In this document: one piece after another, positions 9,925-19,046 of the stretch
Layout: each line of letters opens with the position of its first letter
How positions within the stretch are numbered: the first letter of the stretch is position 1
Assembly (NCBI GenBank): GCA_965207225.1
Contig: CBDBLV010000004.1
Location: 480,001-544,000, forward strand
Direction: 5' to 3'
DNA: 64,000 bases
From: Dehalococcoidia bacterium
GTDB taxonomy: Bacteria > Chloroflexota > Dehalococcoidia > Plut-88900
The notes under the pieces: model-generated
What the model was told of the DNA's origin: nothing
Database searches by the model: none
What the model saw: the letters and a program-made list of their open reading frames with translations, nothing else
Translations under genes and position numbers: made by a program

Positions 9925-11082
9925 TTACTTAACAACCAGGTCCAACGGCATCCTTGACAGCCGCTCCGCTCCCGACTCCGTTACCAGCACCGTCTCCCCC
10001 GGCGACATCGTAATCCCCCTGGTGCTGTCCAGCAGGATCATGTGCATGAATATCACCATGTTCGGCTGGATCACTACCGGGTTGCCGGTAAACAGCATCG
10101 GGTAGTCCATCCACGTCGGCGGATAAAGCGCCCCGAGGCTGTAGCCACATGCGTTCAGCCTGTGCTCCCTGAACCCTGCATCATCGAAGGCTTTGGCGTG
10201 CGCATCGAACACGTCCCCGAAAGTGTTGCCCGGCTTGGCCGCCGCCTGAGCTGCCTGCAGAGCATTCACACCGGCCTCGTGCATTCTTTCATACTGCGGG
10301 TCATATTTTCCTGTTAGAGCTGTGCGCATCAGGCACGAATGGTAGTGCCGGTAAGCCGCCCCGAATTCCAGCTGCACCTGGTCATTCTCCCCAATGTCCC
10401 CGTGGCCCGTGATGTGCCTCACCATCAACGCCCGATCGCCCGACCCGATAATCCACCTCCCCGCCGGGTAGTCTCCCCCGCCCCTGAATATCGCCGCGTG
10501 CATACCTGCAAAGAGTTCCAGTTCCGGCACCCCCGGAGCGATCAACTCGTAGGCCACTTCCAGGGCGTCATCCGCCAGCGAGGCGGCTTTCCTAACGTAT
10601 TCGATCTCCTGCGGGCTCTTCGTGAGCCTTATCTCGCTCACCAGGTGGGAGGCATCCTCCCACTCGCAAAAGCCTTCGATTGCGCTCTTCATCATCTCCC
10701 ACCGACGCCCGGTCAGCGTCCAGGCCTCAAGCTCCGCCCCCAGCTTCTTGCCCCTGCACCCCTTCTCTTCCAGCACCTTCTTCACGTCGAGCCCCGGGTT
10801 TGCATCCCCGCTGTCCACCCAGATCCGCACGTCCTCAATCACCGACGTGAACGCCGACTGCCGCAGGTCCGCTGACCTCGTGATCAAGGTCATATCCCCG
10901 TCCGCGCCCAAGTACAGGCACTGGAATTGGGAGTACCCCATCGTGTCGTACCCCGTCAGGTAGTACATCGTCTCCTGCCGGAATATAAGCAGCCCGTCCA
11001 GCCCCTTCTCCTCCATAGACTCGCAGGTCTTCCGCCTCCGCTCCGCCAACTCTTCTTCACTGAAATGCAGGTGCTTGGCCAT
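9925..11082 (-). CDS. M24 family, creatinase/ectoine hydrolase (DoeA)-like
   Basis: KSPQEIEYVR; metal-ligand positions replaced (EFGAAYRHYHSCLMRT, CGYSLG) as in metal-independent creatinase/DoeA members. Confidence 0.75.
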   Translation of the reverse strand: MAKHLHFSEEELAERRRKTCESMEEKGLDGLLIFRQETMYYLTGYDTMGYSQFQCLYLGADGDMTLITRSADLRQSAFTSVIEDVRIWVDSGDANPGLDVKKVLEEKGCRGKKLGAELEAWTLTGRRWEMMKSAIEGFCEWEDASHLVSEIRLTKSPQEIEYVRKAASLADDALEVAYELIAPGVPELELFAGMHAAIFRGGGDYPAGRWIIGSGDRALMVRHITGHGDIGENDQVQLEFGAAYRHYHSCLMRTALTGKYDPQYERMHEAGVNALQAAQAAAKPGNTFGDVFDAHAKAFDDAGFREHRLNACGYSLGALYPPTWMDYPMLFTGNPVVIQPNMVIFMHMILLDSTRGITMSPGETVLVTESGAERLSRMPLDLVVK

Positions 11083-11105
11083 CGAAAGTTCTCTCCTTGG
11101 TTTGC

Positions 11106-12854
11106 TTAGTTGGGAATCACCGGCAACGTCACGCGAGACGGATACGTCCCATTGTGCAGCACCGTCTGCGACGCGGGCTTGGACTCCGTCCCCCCACCCA
11201 GCACACCCCCCGTATTGGGGTTCCTGTCGAATCTTGGGAAGTTGCTGCTGGAAATCTCCACCCGGATCCTGTGCCCCGGCTTGAAAAGGTTGCTCGTTGC
11301 CCAGAGGTCTATCTTGTATTCGTGGACCTCTCCCGGCGTAATCAGCTTCGCCTCTTCCGTCGACTCTCGGTACCGCGCCCGGATAATCCCGTCCGTCAGG
11401 TTCACCGCCCCGCCGCACGGGCACGCGTCCACCAGCTTCGCCGTGAAGTCCGTGTCCACCGCCGATGATGCTGCATACAGCGTCACCGTCACCGGCCCTG
11501 TCACCTCAACCGGGATCTCCAACGGCTCGGTCGAGTAGACGAGCACGTCCTCCCGAGCCTCTATCGCACTTTGATTAAACGACCCCGGCGGAGATGCAGC
11601 CTGATTGCAGCACAAGCCCCCACCCCGAGTCGGCACAGGGTTGTTCGGGTTGTATAAGTAAGCATCGTAGGGCTCATCAGCCGGGGCCTCAGTGCTCAGC
11701 GATCCGTCACCCTTCAGACCGTTCGCCCGACCCTCGCTGTGCAGATAGTAGTCCGTGTATTGTGTTCGGGCCAGGGGCCATTCCTTCTCGCTTCGCCACT
11801 CATTGGCCCCCATCACGAATATCCGTACCGGGTCCTCCTCCCCGACCCCGTTGTCCTCCCCCTTCAGCCAGTAGTCGTACCAACGCAGCTTAGTCCCCTG
11901 GAAGTCAAACGAGACCGCGCTGGCCCTCGGGCCAAAGTTCACCTCCCCTCCCACACTCCCCGGTGTGTCGTCATGAAACCAGGGTCCCACCAGCAGCCGC
12001 TGTCCGTTCCTCGCCGCCTCTGTCGCACCATTCTTCTGCATCCCGACAAAGTTCCTGATTGTCCCGCCCAGGAAGATGTCGAACCATCCGCCCATGCTGT
12101 ATGCGGGCACTTCAACCGTGGAGTGCCTCTCCTGGATGTTCACCGACTTCCAGTAGGAGTCGTCCTCTGAGTGACGGACCCAATCGTTGAAATAGGGGGC
12201 CATGGCCGGGTTCTTGAACAGCGGGTGCTCGGCGAAGTTCAGAGTCTCGAAAGCGCCGTCCATATCCTCCAGGGCCTCCATCATCCGGGCCGAGTCCGCC
12301 GAAACGTCCCCGTGGTCCCGCTCGATGTGCTCCAGGTTAGCCATAGCCAGCGACACCGCCCAGCTCAGTGTGAAAAACAGCTGGTAAGCCCCGCCCTGAT
12401 AAGTCCAACCTTCGTAGTAATCGTCGCTGGTTATCGACGGGATGATGCACTTCAGGTGCGGAGGCCTCGATATCGCAGCCAGCCACTGCGTAGCCCCGAC
12501 ATACGAACCCCCATGCATCCCCACCGCCCCCGTTGACCAGGCCTGCGAAGCCGCCCATTCCACCGTGTCGTACCCGTCGTTTATCTCGTTCTTGAAGGTG
12601 TAGAACGTCCCCTCGGAGTTGTACCGACCCCGCACGTTCTGCATCACGAACGCGTAACCCTCCCTTGCTGCCCGGATCGGGTCCAGGCTGTCCACCCGGG
12701 TCCCGAATGCATCCTTGTCATAGGGAGTCCGGCACAGAATCACCGGGTACCGACCCGGCGTGTCAGGCCTGTAGACATCGGCATATAGAATCGTCCCGTC
12801 CCGCATCCGGGCCGGAACGTCCTGCTCCACCCTGACCGTAACCGGCTTGCTCAT
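11106..12854 (-). CDS. CocE/NonD family hydrolase
   Basis: MRDGTILYADVYRP, RTPY, GGSYVG nucleophile, GGWFD, GPWFH, SSNFPRFDRN. Confidence 0.9.
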   Translation of the reverse strand: MSKPVTVRVEQDVPARMRDGTILYADVYRPDTPGRYPVILCRTPYDKDAFGTRVDSLDPIRAAREGYAFVMQNVRGRYNSEGTFYTFKNEINDGYDTVEWAASQAWSTGAVGMHGGSYVGATQWLAAISRPPHLKCIIPSITSDDYYEGWTYQGGAYQLFFTLSWAVSLAMANLEHIERDHGDVSADSARMMEALEDMDGAFETLNFAEHPLFKNPAMAPYFNDWVRHSEDDSYWKSVNIQERHSTVEVPAYSMGGWFDIFLGGTIRNFVGMQKNGATEAARNGQRLLVGPWFHDDTPGSVGGEVNFGPRASAVSFDFQGTKLRWYDYWLKGEDNGVGEEDPVRIFVMGANEWRSEKEWPLARTQYTDYYLHSEGRANGLKGDGSLSTEAPADEPYDAYLYNPNNPVPTRGGGLCCNQAASPPGSFNQSAIEAREDVLVYSTEPLEIPVEVTGPVTVTLYAASSAVDTDFTAKLVDACPCGGAVNLTDGIIRARYRESTEEAKLITPGEVHEYKIDLWATSNLFKPGHRIRVEISSSNFPRFDRNPNTGGVLGGGTESKPASQTVLHNGTYPSRVTLPVIPN

Positions 12855-13000
12855 CCTTCACCTCCCAGGTAAATCTCTGTCCTTCCGGGGCCCTTTTCCA
12901 TACCATTCCGAGGCCCCGCGAGGAATCTCAAGCATTAGCCATAACGAGCATCCCGCATATCCCGGCAGCGTCTTTCTCCGGGGGAGGGAGGCGAACTCCG

Positions 13001-13798
13001 TCAACCCCGCAGAAACTCCCTCACCAGCCCCGACACCCTCTCCCTCTGCTCCAGCTGCGGTATGTGACCCGCACCGTCCAGGATCTCAGTCCTCACCATC
13101 GAGTTCACCATCCTGTCCGAAAACTCCCGGGCGTACTCCGGCGGCACCAGGGCGTCCTGCTTGCCCCACAATATCAACGAAGGCGCCGACACCCGGTAAA
13201 TCCTGTTCTTCAGCCCCTTGTCCGGAATCGGCCACGTGAACTTGGAAGTGCAGGCGATGGCCCACGTCCTGGCAATGGTGAAGTCCTGGAACTCCTCCTC
13301 GTCCTCCGGGACCTGCAGGAACCCCTTGGCGAACTCACCTTCGGGGTCGGCGAACAGGGCCCCGACCAGCGCCTCGGGGCTCATGGCCGTCCAGTCGAGC
13401 ACCGGGTGCTCGTCCAGCCAAAACCCGACGGGGTTCATCAACACCAGCTTGCTCACGCTCCCCGGGTTCGTCGCCGCTATCTCCGCCGCCAGCATCCCCC
13501 CATAGGAATGCCCGATGATCGCCGGCGACTCCAGACCCAGCTCTTCGAACAGGTCGTAGTGGTAAAGCACCAGGTCCCACAGGGTGTCGATTTTTCGGAT
13601 GTCGTCAGGATCGTGCAGGCCCGGGTGAAGGGGCGCGTATACCCTGAATTCAGAGGCCAGGTCGTCGAGGAAGCCGTCCCAGCGCAACCCCCCCGCCCCG
13701 TGCAGGAACACCACCGGCGGTCCCTCCCCTGCCGTCATCACCTTCGGGTTCAGCAGCCCGTCTCGGATTTTGGGAAACTTCTCAGCCACTGTGACCAT
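13001..13798 (-). CDS. Alpha/beta hydrolase
   Basis: FLHGAGG, GHSYGG, WGKQD, AGH. Confidence 0.85.
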   Translation of the reverse strand: MVTVAEKFPKIRDGLLNPKVMTAGEGPPVVFLHGAGGLRWDGFLDDLASEFRVYAPLHPGLHDPDDIRKIDTLWDLVLYHYDLFEELGLESPAIIGHSYGGMLAAEIAATNPGSVSKLVLMNPVGFWLDEHPVLDWTAMSPEALVGALFADPEGEFAKGFLQVPEDEEEFQDFTIARTWAIACTSKFTWPIPDKGLKNRIYRVSAPSLILWGKQDALVPPEYAREFSDRMVNSMVRTEILDGAGHIPQLEQRERVSGLVREFLRG

Positions 13799-13830
13799 CA
13801 AATTCTCCTGCTCGAAATCTCTCCCGACGA

Positions 13831-15066
13831 CTACCCCACCACCGGCGCCGGGGCTTTAGTCTTCAGTTTTTCCGGCCACCAGTGGTTCTCCCATTCGTCG
13901 TCCCACATGTCATGAACGTGCGGCAGCACTTCCTTCGAAAATAGCTCGATGTTCTTCAGTGTAAGCTCGTGGGGCATGGACCCTATGTGCAGAAGCACCA
14001 TCAGGTTCCCGACCCGCAGCCGCTTCACCGCGTCCTTCAACTGGTCTACCACCGAGGCCGGCCCCCCGCTTATCACATATTGTCTGTCCACGAAGTCCTT
14101 GAACTTCCACTCTTTCCACTGGCCCGTCTGCTCGGCCCGACCCCCGCTCAGCTGCTTGACCCGCGTCACCAGGCTCTTGTAGTCCTGGTAGCCGGGCGCC
14201 GCCTGGAACTCGGGGGCCACGGCCATGCACTTGTTGAAGAAATACTGGATGTGCTTTTCGTAGTCCTTCTCCGCCTGCGCATCCGTCTCCGACACCGCCA
14301 CGAGCTGTAGGAATCCTGCCCTGTATGGGTTCACGTCCAGCCCGTTTTGCTCCACCCTCTCCCAGAACCTCTCCATGATCTTCGTTGCGAAGATGTTTCC
14401 GTAGTAGCTCAGATAGCAGTAGCAGTAGTTCATTTCACACACGAAGTCCCACGTGCTGCTGCTCCCCCCGCCCGGGACCCAGATCGGCGGATGAGGCTTC
14501 TGTATCGGCTTCGGCCACACGTTGACATACCGAAGCTGCGTGTACTTGCCGTTGAACGCAAACACCTCGTCCCGAGTCCACGCATCCACGATCAAATCGT
14601 GCGCTTCTCGGTATCTCTCCCTTTGGACGATAGGCGGGATGCCGTAGCTGAAATTGGCGTCCGCCGATGTCCCCAGCGGCATCCCTGCAATCAGCCGACC
14701 CCCGCTTATGCAGTCCAGCATCGCGTATTCTTCCGCGATTCTGACCGGAGGGTGCGTGGTCGGCAGAGTTGCCCCCATCTGCACCAGCGCCGCATTCTCC
14801 GTCGAGCGCGCCAGCACCGACCCCATTACGTTCGGATTGGGCATGAAACCATACGCGTTCTGGTGGTGTTCGTTAACGCATATCCCGTCCATCCCCATCT
14901 TGTCGGCATAGATGAGTTCGTCCAGCGTCCAGTTGTAGTACTGGCCCACTCTCTCCGGGTCCGCCAGCTCCGACCACGGAGGGTCCACCCACACCGAGTG
15001 ATACCTGTCTTCGAAATCGTCGGGAAGTTCCCGGTGCGGCATAAGGTGGAACATGGATACCTTCAC
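13831..15066 (-). CDS. Luciferase-like flavin-dependent monooxygenase (LLM)
   Basis: NEHHQ, RIAEEYAMLDCISGGR, PIQKPHPPIW. Confidence 0.9.
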   Translation of the reverse strand: MKVSMFHLMPHRELPDDFEDRYHSVWVDPPWSELADPERVGQYYNWTLDELIYADKMGMDGICVNEHHQNAYGFMPNPNVMGSVLARSTENAALVQMGATLPTTHPPVRIAEEYAMLDCISGGRLIAGMPLGTSADANFSYGIPPIVQRERYREAHDLIVDAWTRDEVFAFNGKYTQLRYVNVWPKPIQKPHPPIWVPGGGSSSTWDFVCEMNYCYCYLSYYGNIFATKIMERFWERVEQNGLDVNPYRAGFLQLVAVSETDAQAEKDYEKHIQYFFNKCMAVAPEFQAAPGYQDYKSLVTRVKQLSGGRAEQTGQWKEWKFKDFVDRQYVISGGPASVVDQLKDAVKRLRVGNLMVLLHIGSMPHELTLKNIELFSKEVLPHVHDMWDDEWENHWWPEKLKTKAPAPVVG

Positions 15067-15181
15067 GATTGCACCTCCGTAGCGCTATGGTTCTCCCTCG
15101 CCACCCGAGGGTCTAAACGTTCGTGCATATTAGCACAATGACTTTCGCCTTTCTGCCCTCTCCATTCGGATTTCTATTACG

Positions 15182-15212
15182 AAAAAAGCCGGCTGGCTAA
15201 GCCAGCCGGCTG
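15182..15212 (-). terminator. Intrinsic terminator
   Basis: AGCCGGCTGGC/GCCAGCCGGCT hairpin followed by T6 on minus strand. Confidence 0.75.
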
Positions 15213-15235
15213 ATGATTAAAGTCTTGCTTATTCG

Positions 15236-16009
15236 TTAGCCCAGCCCGTCCAGGAACTTCAACATCAGGCTATTGAGAATGTCCGGGTGTTCGATCATTA
15301 TCGGGTGCCCGCAGCCCGAGATCAGGTCGTACTGCGCCCCCGACACCTTCTCAGCCACCATCTGCGATCCCGGGATCGACATCTCGTCCTCGTCCCCCAC
15401 CACGACCATCATGGGCACCGTTACTTTGCTGAAGTCCGGGTTCGGGTCGAACGTGCCACAGGCCGCCAGGTCCGAATAGCACACCTCTCCGGGGGTCCCC
15501 GCCAGTTCCCTCGCGGCCCACTCCCTGATTTCCTTCGAGGTCCCCTCTGCGAAACCTTCCCCCAATTCAACTCTTGCCTTATCCGGGTCTTCTTTCCAGG
15601 GCCTCAACTCTTCTTCGCTAATCTCCCAGCTGGGACTCGACCCCACCATTACCGCACCCTTGAGCATGTCTCCGTGGTGTACCGCGAAGTCCAGGGCCAT
15701 GGAGCCCCCCATAGAGTGTCCTGCAAACACGAATGGCGCCAGGTCCAGGGTCTCGGCCAGCGCCTTTACAAACGCCCTGTAATCTTCCGCGTTGTCTATC
15801 CCTTTACCACCGGAGTCCAGGTGGCCGGGAAGGTCTACGGCAATCGGACTGTGCTCCCGAGAAAGGGCCTCTACCTGGTGATGCCAGGCCCTGTGATTGT
15901 TCGTCGCGCCGTGGACCATCAGGACTGTATGCCCTTTACGATTGCCTTCCGCAAAACCCTCGGGCGCCTGGAAATTCACATTGCTGCCATTGACTACTAT
16001 GCTGCCCAT
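15236..16009 (-). CDS. Alpha/beta hydrolase
   Basis: VHG, DLPGH, GHSMGG, GDED, CGH. Confidence 0.85.
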   Translation of the reverse strand: MGSIVVNGSNVNFQAPEGFAEGNRKGHTVLMVHGATNNHRAWHHQVEALSREHSPIAVDLPGHLDSGGKGIDNAEDYRAFVKALAETLDLAPFVFAGHSMGGSMALDFAVHHGDMLKGAVMVGSSPSWEISEEELRPWKEDPDKARVELGEGFAEGTSKEIREWAARELAGTPGEVCYSDLAACGTFDPNPDFSKVTVPMMVVVGDEDEMSIPGSQMVAEKVSGAQYDLISGCGHPIMIEHPDILNSLMLKFLDGLG

Positions 16010-16041
16010 GACTACCCCCAAAGCATCAGTTTTTTTAGTCG

Positions 16042-16479
16042 CTACTCCGAAGGAGCGACAACCAGGGCTTGCCCCGTGACCGCCCTTCGCCCCTCCGTGT
16101 TTTCGATATACACGTCCACGTCTATGCAGTTCTCGCCTTCCCGCACTTCCTTATCCGTCACCACCCCGACGCACTGGATCTCCTCCTCGTGCTTCACCGG
16201 CGCCCGAAAGATTATGTCCAGCTTCTTAAGCCTGATGTTCGGCGCCCAGTCAGTTATCAGTTGGGACAGGTACGCCATGCTCATTATTCCCGGGATGATT
16301 AGCTGGTCCACACCCTCGCTCTTCGCCGTCTCAAGGTCCGTGAATCGCGACTTCTCCTCCAACCCGTACGCCCGACAAAACGCTTCCACCTGCTCTAGAG
16401 TCGGCTTCTTGGTCAACGGGCCTAACTCGTCGCCAACGTCTACCTGGTCGAAATAGACCGCTCCGCTCTGTTCACTCAT
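16042..16479 (-). CDS. MaoC-family dehydratase (hot-dog fold)
   Basis: YFDQVDVGDEL, IIPGIMS, FRAPV. Confidence 0.75.
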   Translation of the reverse strand: MSEQSGAVYFDQVDVGDELGPLTKKPTLEQVEAFCRAYGLEEKSRFTDLETAKSEGVDQLIIPGIMSMAYLSQLITDWAPNIRLKKLDIIFRAPVKHEEEIQCVGVVTDKEVREGENCIDVDVYIENTEGRRAVTGQALVVAPSE

Positions 16480-16485
16480 TACCTT

Positions 16486-16896
16486 TTACTTTCTCCTTAC
16501 CGTGGACATTCCCACCCGGGCCACGGTCTCGCCGTGCTGGTTGGTGAATGTATGCTCCCTCACCACGAAGGCCATCGGCCCCGACCTCCCAGTCTTCTTG
16601 TACACCGACTTCACCCTCGCAACGCACGTCAGCACGTCCCCCGCCCTCACGGAGGTGCAGGGTTCGAGGTACTGTCCTGCCATGTAGTCGAATCCCTCGA
16701 AGTCCAGGTTCAGGTCATCTGGCCCTTCAAAGTTTGCAAACAGGGTCGCTATCAGCGCCGGAGCTTCTGTCCCGTCCCCCGACCCAGTACCTTCGTGAAA
16801 GTCCCGGATCATCTCTCCGGTCACCTCGAAATTGCCCAGGTTGTACTCCTCGTCAAGTACGCTTTTGTTGAATAGCAATTCGTCCTGCTGTGTCAT
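16486..16896 (-). CDS. MaoC-like N-terminal domain dehydratase
   Basis: VRAGDVL, KTGRSGPMAFV, FTNQHGETVA. Confidence 0.75.
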   Translation of the reverse strand: MTQQDELLFNKSVLDEEYNLGNFEVTGEMIRDFHEGTGSGDGTEAPALIATLFANFEGPDDLNLDFEGFDYMAGQYLEPCTSVRAGDVLTCVARVKSVYKKTGRSGPMAFVVREHTFTNQHGETVARVGMSTVRRK

Positions 16897-17084
16897 TTGT
16901 GTCCCTGTCTCACGCCTCTCCCAAATTTAAGCGCATTAGGCCAAAAGGTGCCCTTGAACGCGACGCCTGATGATAAGCCACTGGCCATACTCTGTCCACT
17001 GAGCCGGCCTCACACCAGTCCACTTGCTGTGGTAGGGTGGGTTTCCGGATCCGGTCCTTATCGTACCCGGCAAAGGAATGTGAC

Positions 17085-19007
17085 ATGTCCGAAAACAGCA
17101 TACAGATCGACAGGAATCAACTGGTTCGCCTAAGCGACGGGGTCCACGTCGCAGCTGACGTGTATAGGCCCCGGGGCACGGGTCCCTTTCCGGCTCTATT
17201 CGCCTACACGCCATATCGCAAAGATGACTTGGGTAGCTCCTTCTCGACCCACGAGTGTCGTTTCTTCGCTCGCCACGGATACGCCTGCGTCCTGGCCGAC
17301 TTCCGGGGCCTCGGCAACTCGGAGGGCGTCGCTTGGGATGCCATGGACTCACCGCATGAGGCTCAGGACGCCGCGGAGATTGTAGAATGGATTGCCGCTC
17401 AGCCCTGGTGCGATGGAGGGGTGGGTATGTGGGGCACCTCCTACGAGGCCATTACCTCCATAGAGGCCGCAGCTCTGAATCCACCCTCTCTAAAGGCCAT
17501 AGCTCCTAATCAGGGAGCCTTCGATATCTACGACGATTGGTTCTACCCGGGTGGCTGCGCCAACATGTTGGGAGCGCCGGGGATGTGGGGCTCCTTCATG
17601 CTTGGCCTCAGCCTCATGCCCCCCACCCTCCAGGACCCCGATGGCCGGTGGTACAGAGTCTGGAAAGACAGGTTGGAGACCAACCGACCGTTCATGCTCC
17701 CCTGGCCCTCCCACCCCGACAAGGACGAATACTGGCGCTCCCGCATCATCGACGTCGCCGGCATCTCCGTCCCCACTTACGTTATGGGAGGCTGGTGGGA
17801 CATCTTCCCTCAAGCCATGATTTCCCTGTACGAAAAAATCTCCGGACCTAAGAAACTGTTGATGGGGCCCTGGATGCACGGTTCTCCCAATGGAGCAGAT
17901 ATCGAACCCGTGGACCACTACCGGGACCTGCTCCGCTGGTGGGACTACTGGCTGAAGGGTATCGACACCGGCATCATGGACGAACCGCCGATAGCCTTCT
18001 ACACCCAGGGCAGGGGCTGGAATCACGAAGACGAATGGCCTGGCTCTGCCGTCCAGCCGACGGAACTGTACCTTTCTGGCAACGGCAGGCTGTTGACGGA
18101 AGAGTCATCAGCCCAGGCGATTGACTCCTATCAGGCCGACCCAACCGTCGGCACGGCGTCTTCCTTATGGGACCCCAAGTCCCTGGGCATAGGCAGACCT
18201 CTCGACCAGGGCGCCGATGACCTCCTCTCCCTAACTTACACCTCAGAGCCTTTGGCAGAATCGCTGGAAATTCGCGGTTCCCCCGAGGTTTTGGTAAGCG
18301 CCACCGTCGAGGGCGGCGAAGACGTGAACATCGTAGCCAAGCTCTGTGAAGTGGACGACCGCGGCAGGTCTTCCCTCATCACCACAGGCTGGCTTAGGGG
18401 AAGCCATCACGCCTCTAATGAGAAGGCTGATCGCCTCCAACCCGACCATGAATACCAATTCCGCGTGCCTCTATGGGTTACCGCCTACGTCATACCTGAA
18501 GGGCACAGGCTGCGCCTCAGCCTCTCTTGCTCCGACTTTCCTCGCATCTGGCCCACTCCATCCAACCCCACCATCCATGTGAACACTGCCCGCTCTCAGG
18601 TCCTTTTGCCCATCGTCCGCGGGAGCTCCGACTTCCCACGGCCCACAATCGTCCGCCCCGAGACACCTCTCGAGCACAGCATTGTGGAGACTGCCTCAAC
18701 CCCCTATCGCATTATCGAAAAAGACTTGGCCAGAGACTCCGTGAGCGTCCGCTCTGGGAAATACTCCGAATTGGCTTTGGAAGATCGTGGCCGGTTCATT
18801 TACGACCACGTTGCCACCGCTGCCACCAGCCGGAGCCGTCCTGACGGTGCCGGCGTGACATCGGAAACGCATTTCAGTTTCATATCACCGCTTTCGGGGA
18901 CCATAGAACTTCATGCAGACACTTGGTCCTCTCACCAGGCGATGTCGCTCAACGTCCATATCACCGTGGACGGCCACGAATTCTTTCGCAAAAGCTGGCG
19001 GCGCTAA
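17085..19007 (+). CDS. CocE/NonD family hydrolase
   Basis: LSDGVHVAADVYRP, TPYRKD, GTSYE, GGWWD, GPWMH, DFPRIWP. Confidence 0.88.
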   Translation: MSENSIQIDRNQLVRLSDGVHVAADVYRPRGTGPFPALFAYTPYRKDDLGSSFSTHECRFFARHGYACVLADFRGLGNSEGVAWDAMDSPHEAQDAAEIVEWIAAQPWCDGGVGMWGTSYEAITSIEAAALNPPSLKAIAPNQGAFDIYDDWFYPGGCANMLGAPGMWGSFMLGLSLMPPTLQDPDGRWYRVWKDRLETNRPFMLPWPSHPDKDEYWRSRIIDVAGISVPTYVMGGWWDIFPQAMISLYEKISGPKKLLMGPWMHGSPNGADIEPVDHYRDLLRWWDYWLKGIDTGIMDEPPIAFYTQGRGWNHEDEWPGSAVQPTELYLSGNGRLLTEESSAQAIDSYQADPTVGTASSLWDPKSLGIGRPLDQGADDLLSLTYTSEPLAESLEIRGSPEVLVSATVEGGEDVNIVAKLCEVDDRGRSSLITTGWLRGSHHASNEKADRLQPDHEYQFRVPLWVTAYVIPEGHRLRLSLSCSDFPRIWPTPSNPTIHVNTARSQVLLPIVRGSSDFPRPTIVRPETPLEHSIVETASTPYRIIEKDLARDSVSVRSGKYSELALEDRGRFIYDHVATAATSRSRPDGAGVTSETHFSFISPLSGTIELHADTWSSHQAMSLNVHITVDGHEFFRKSWRR

Positions 19008-19046
19008 AAGGCCCTGGGGCCCTCCCCGGCAGGATTCCTGGGAAAT

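Noticed and set aside
16970-17065. SAM-I riboswitch (GATAAG/CTTATC)
   Set aside because: P1 strands are in the wrong order and core motifs are absent.
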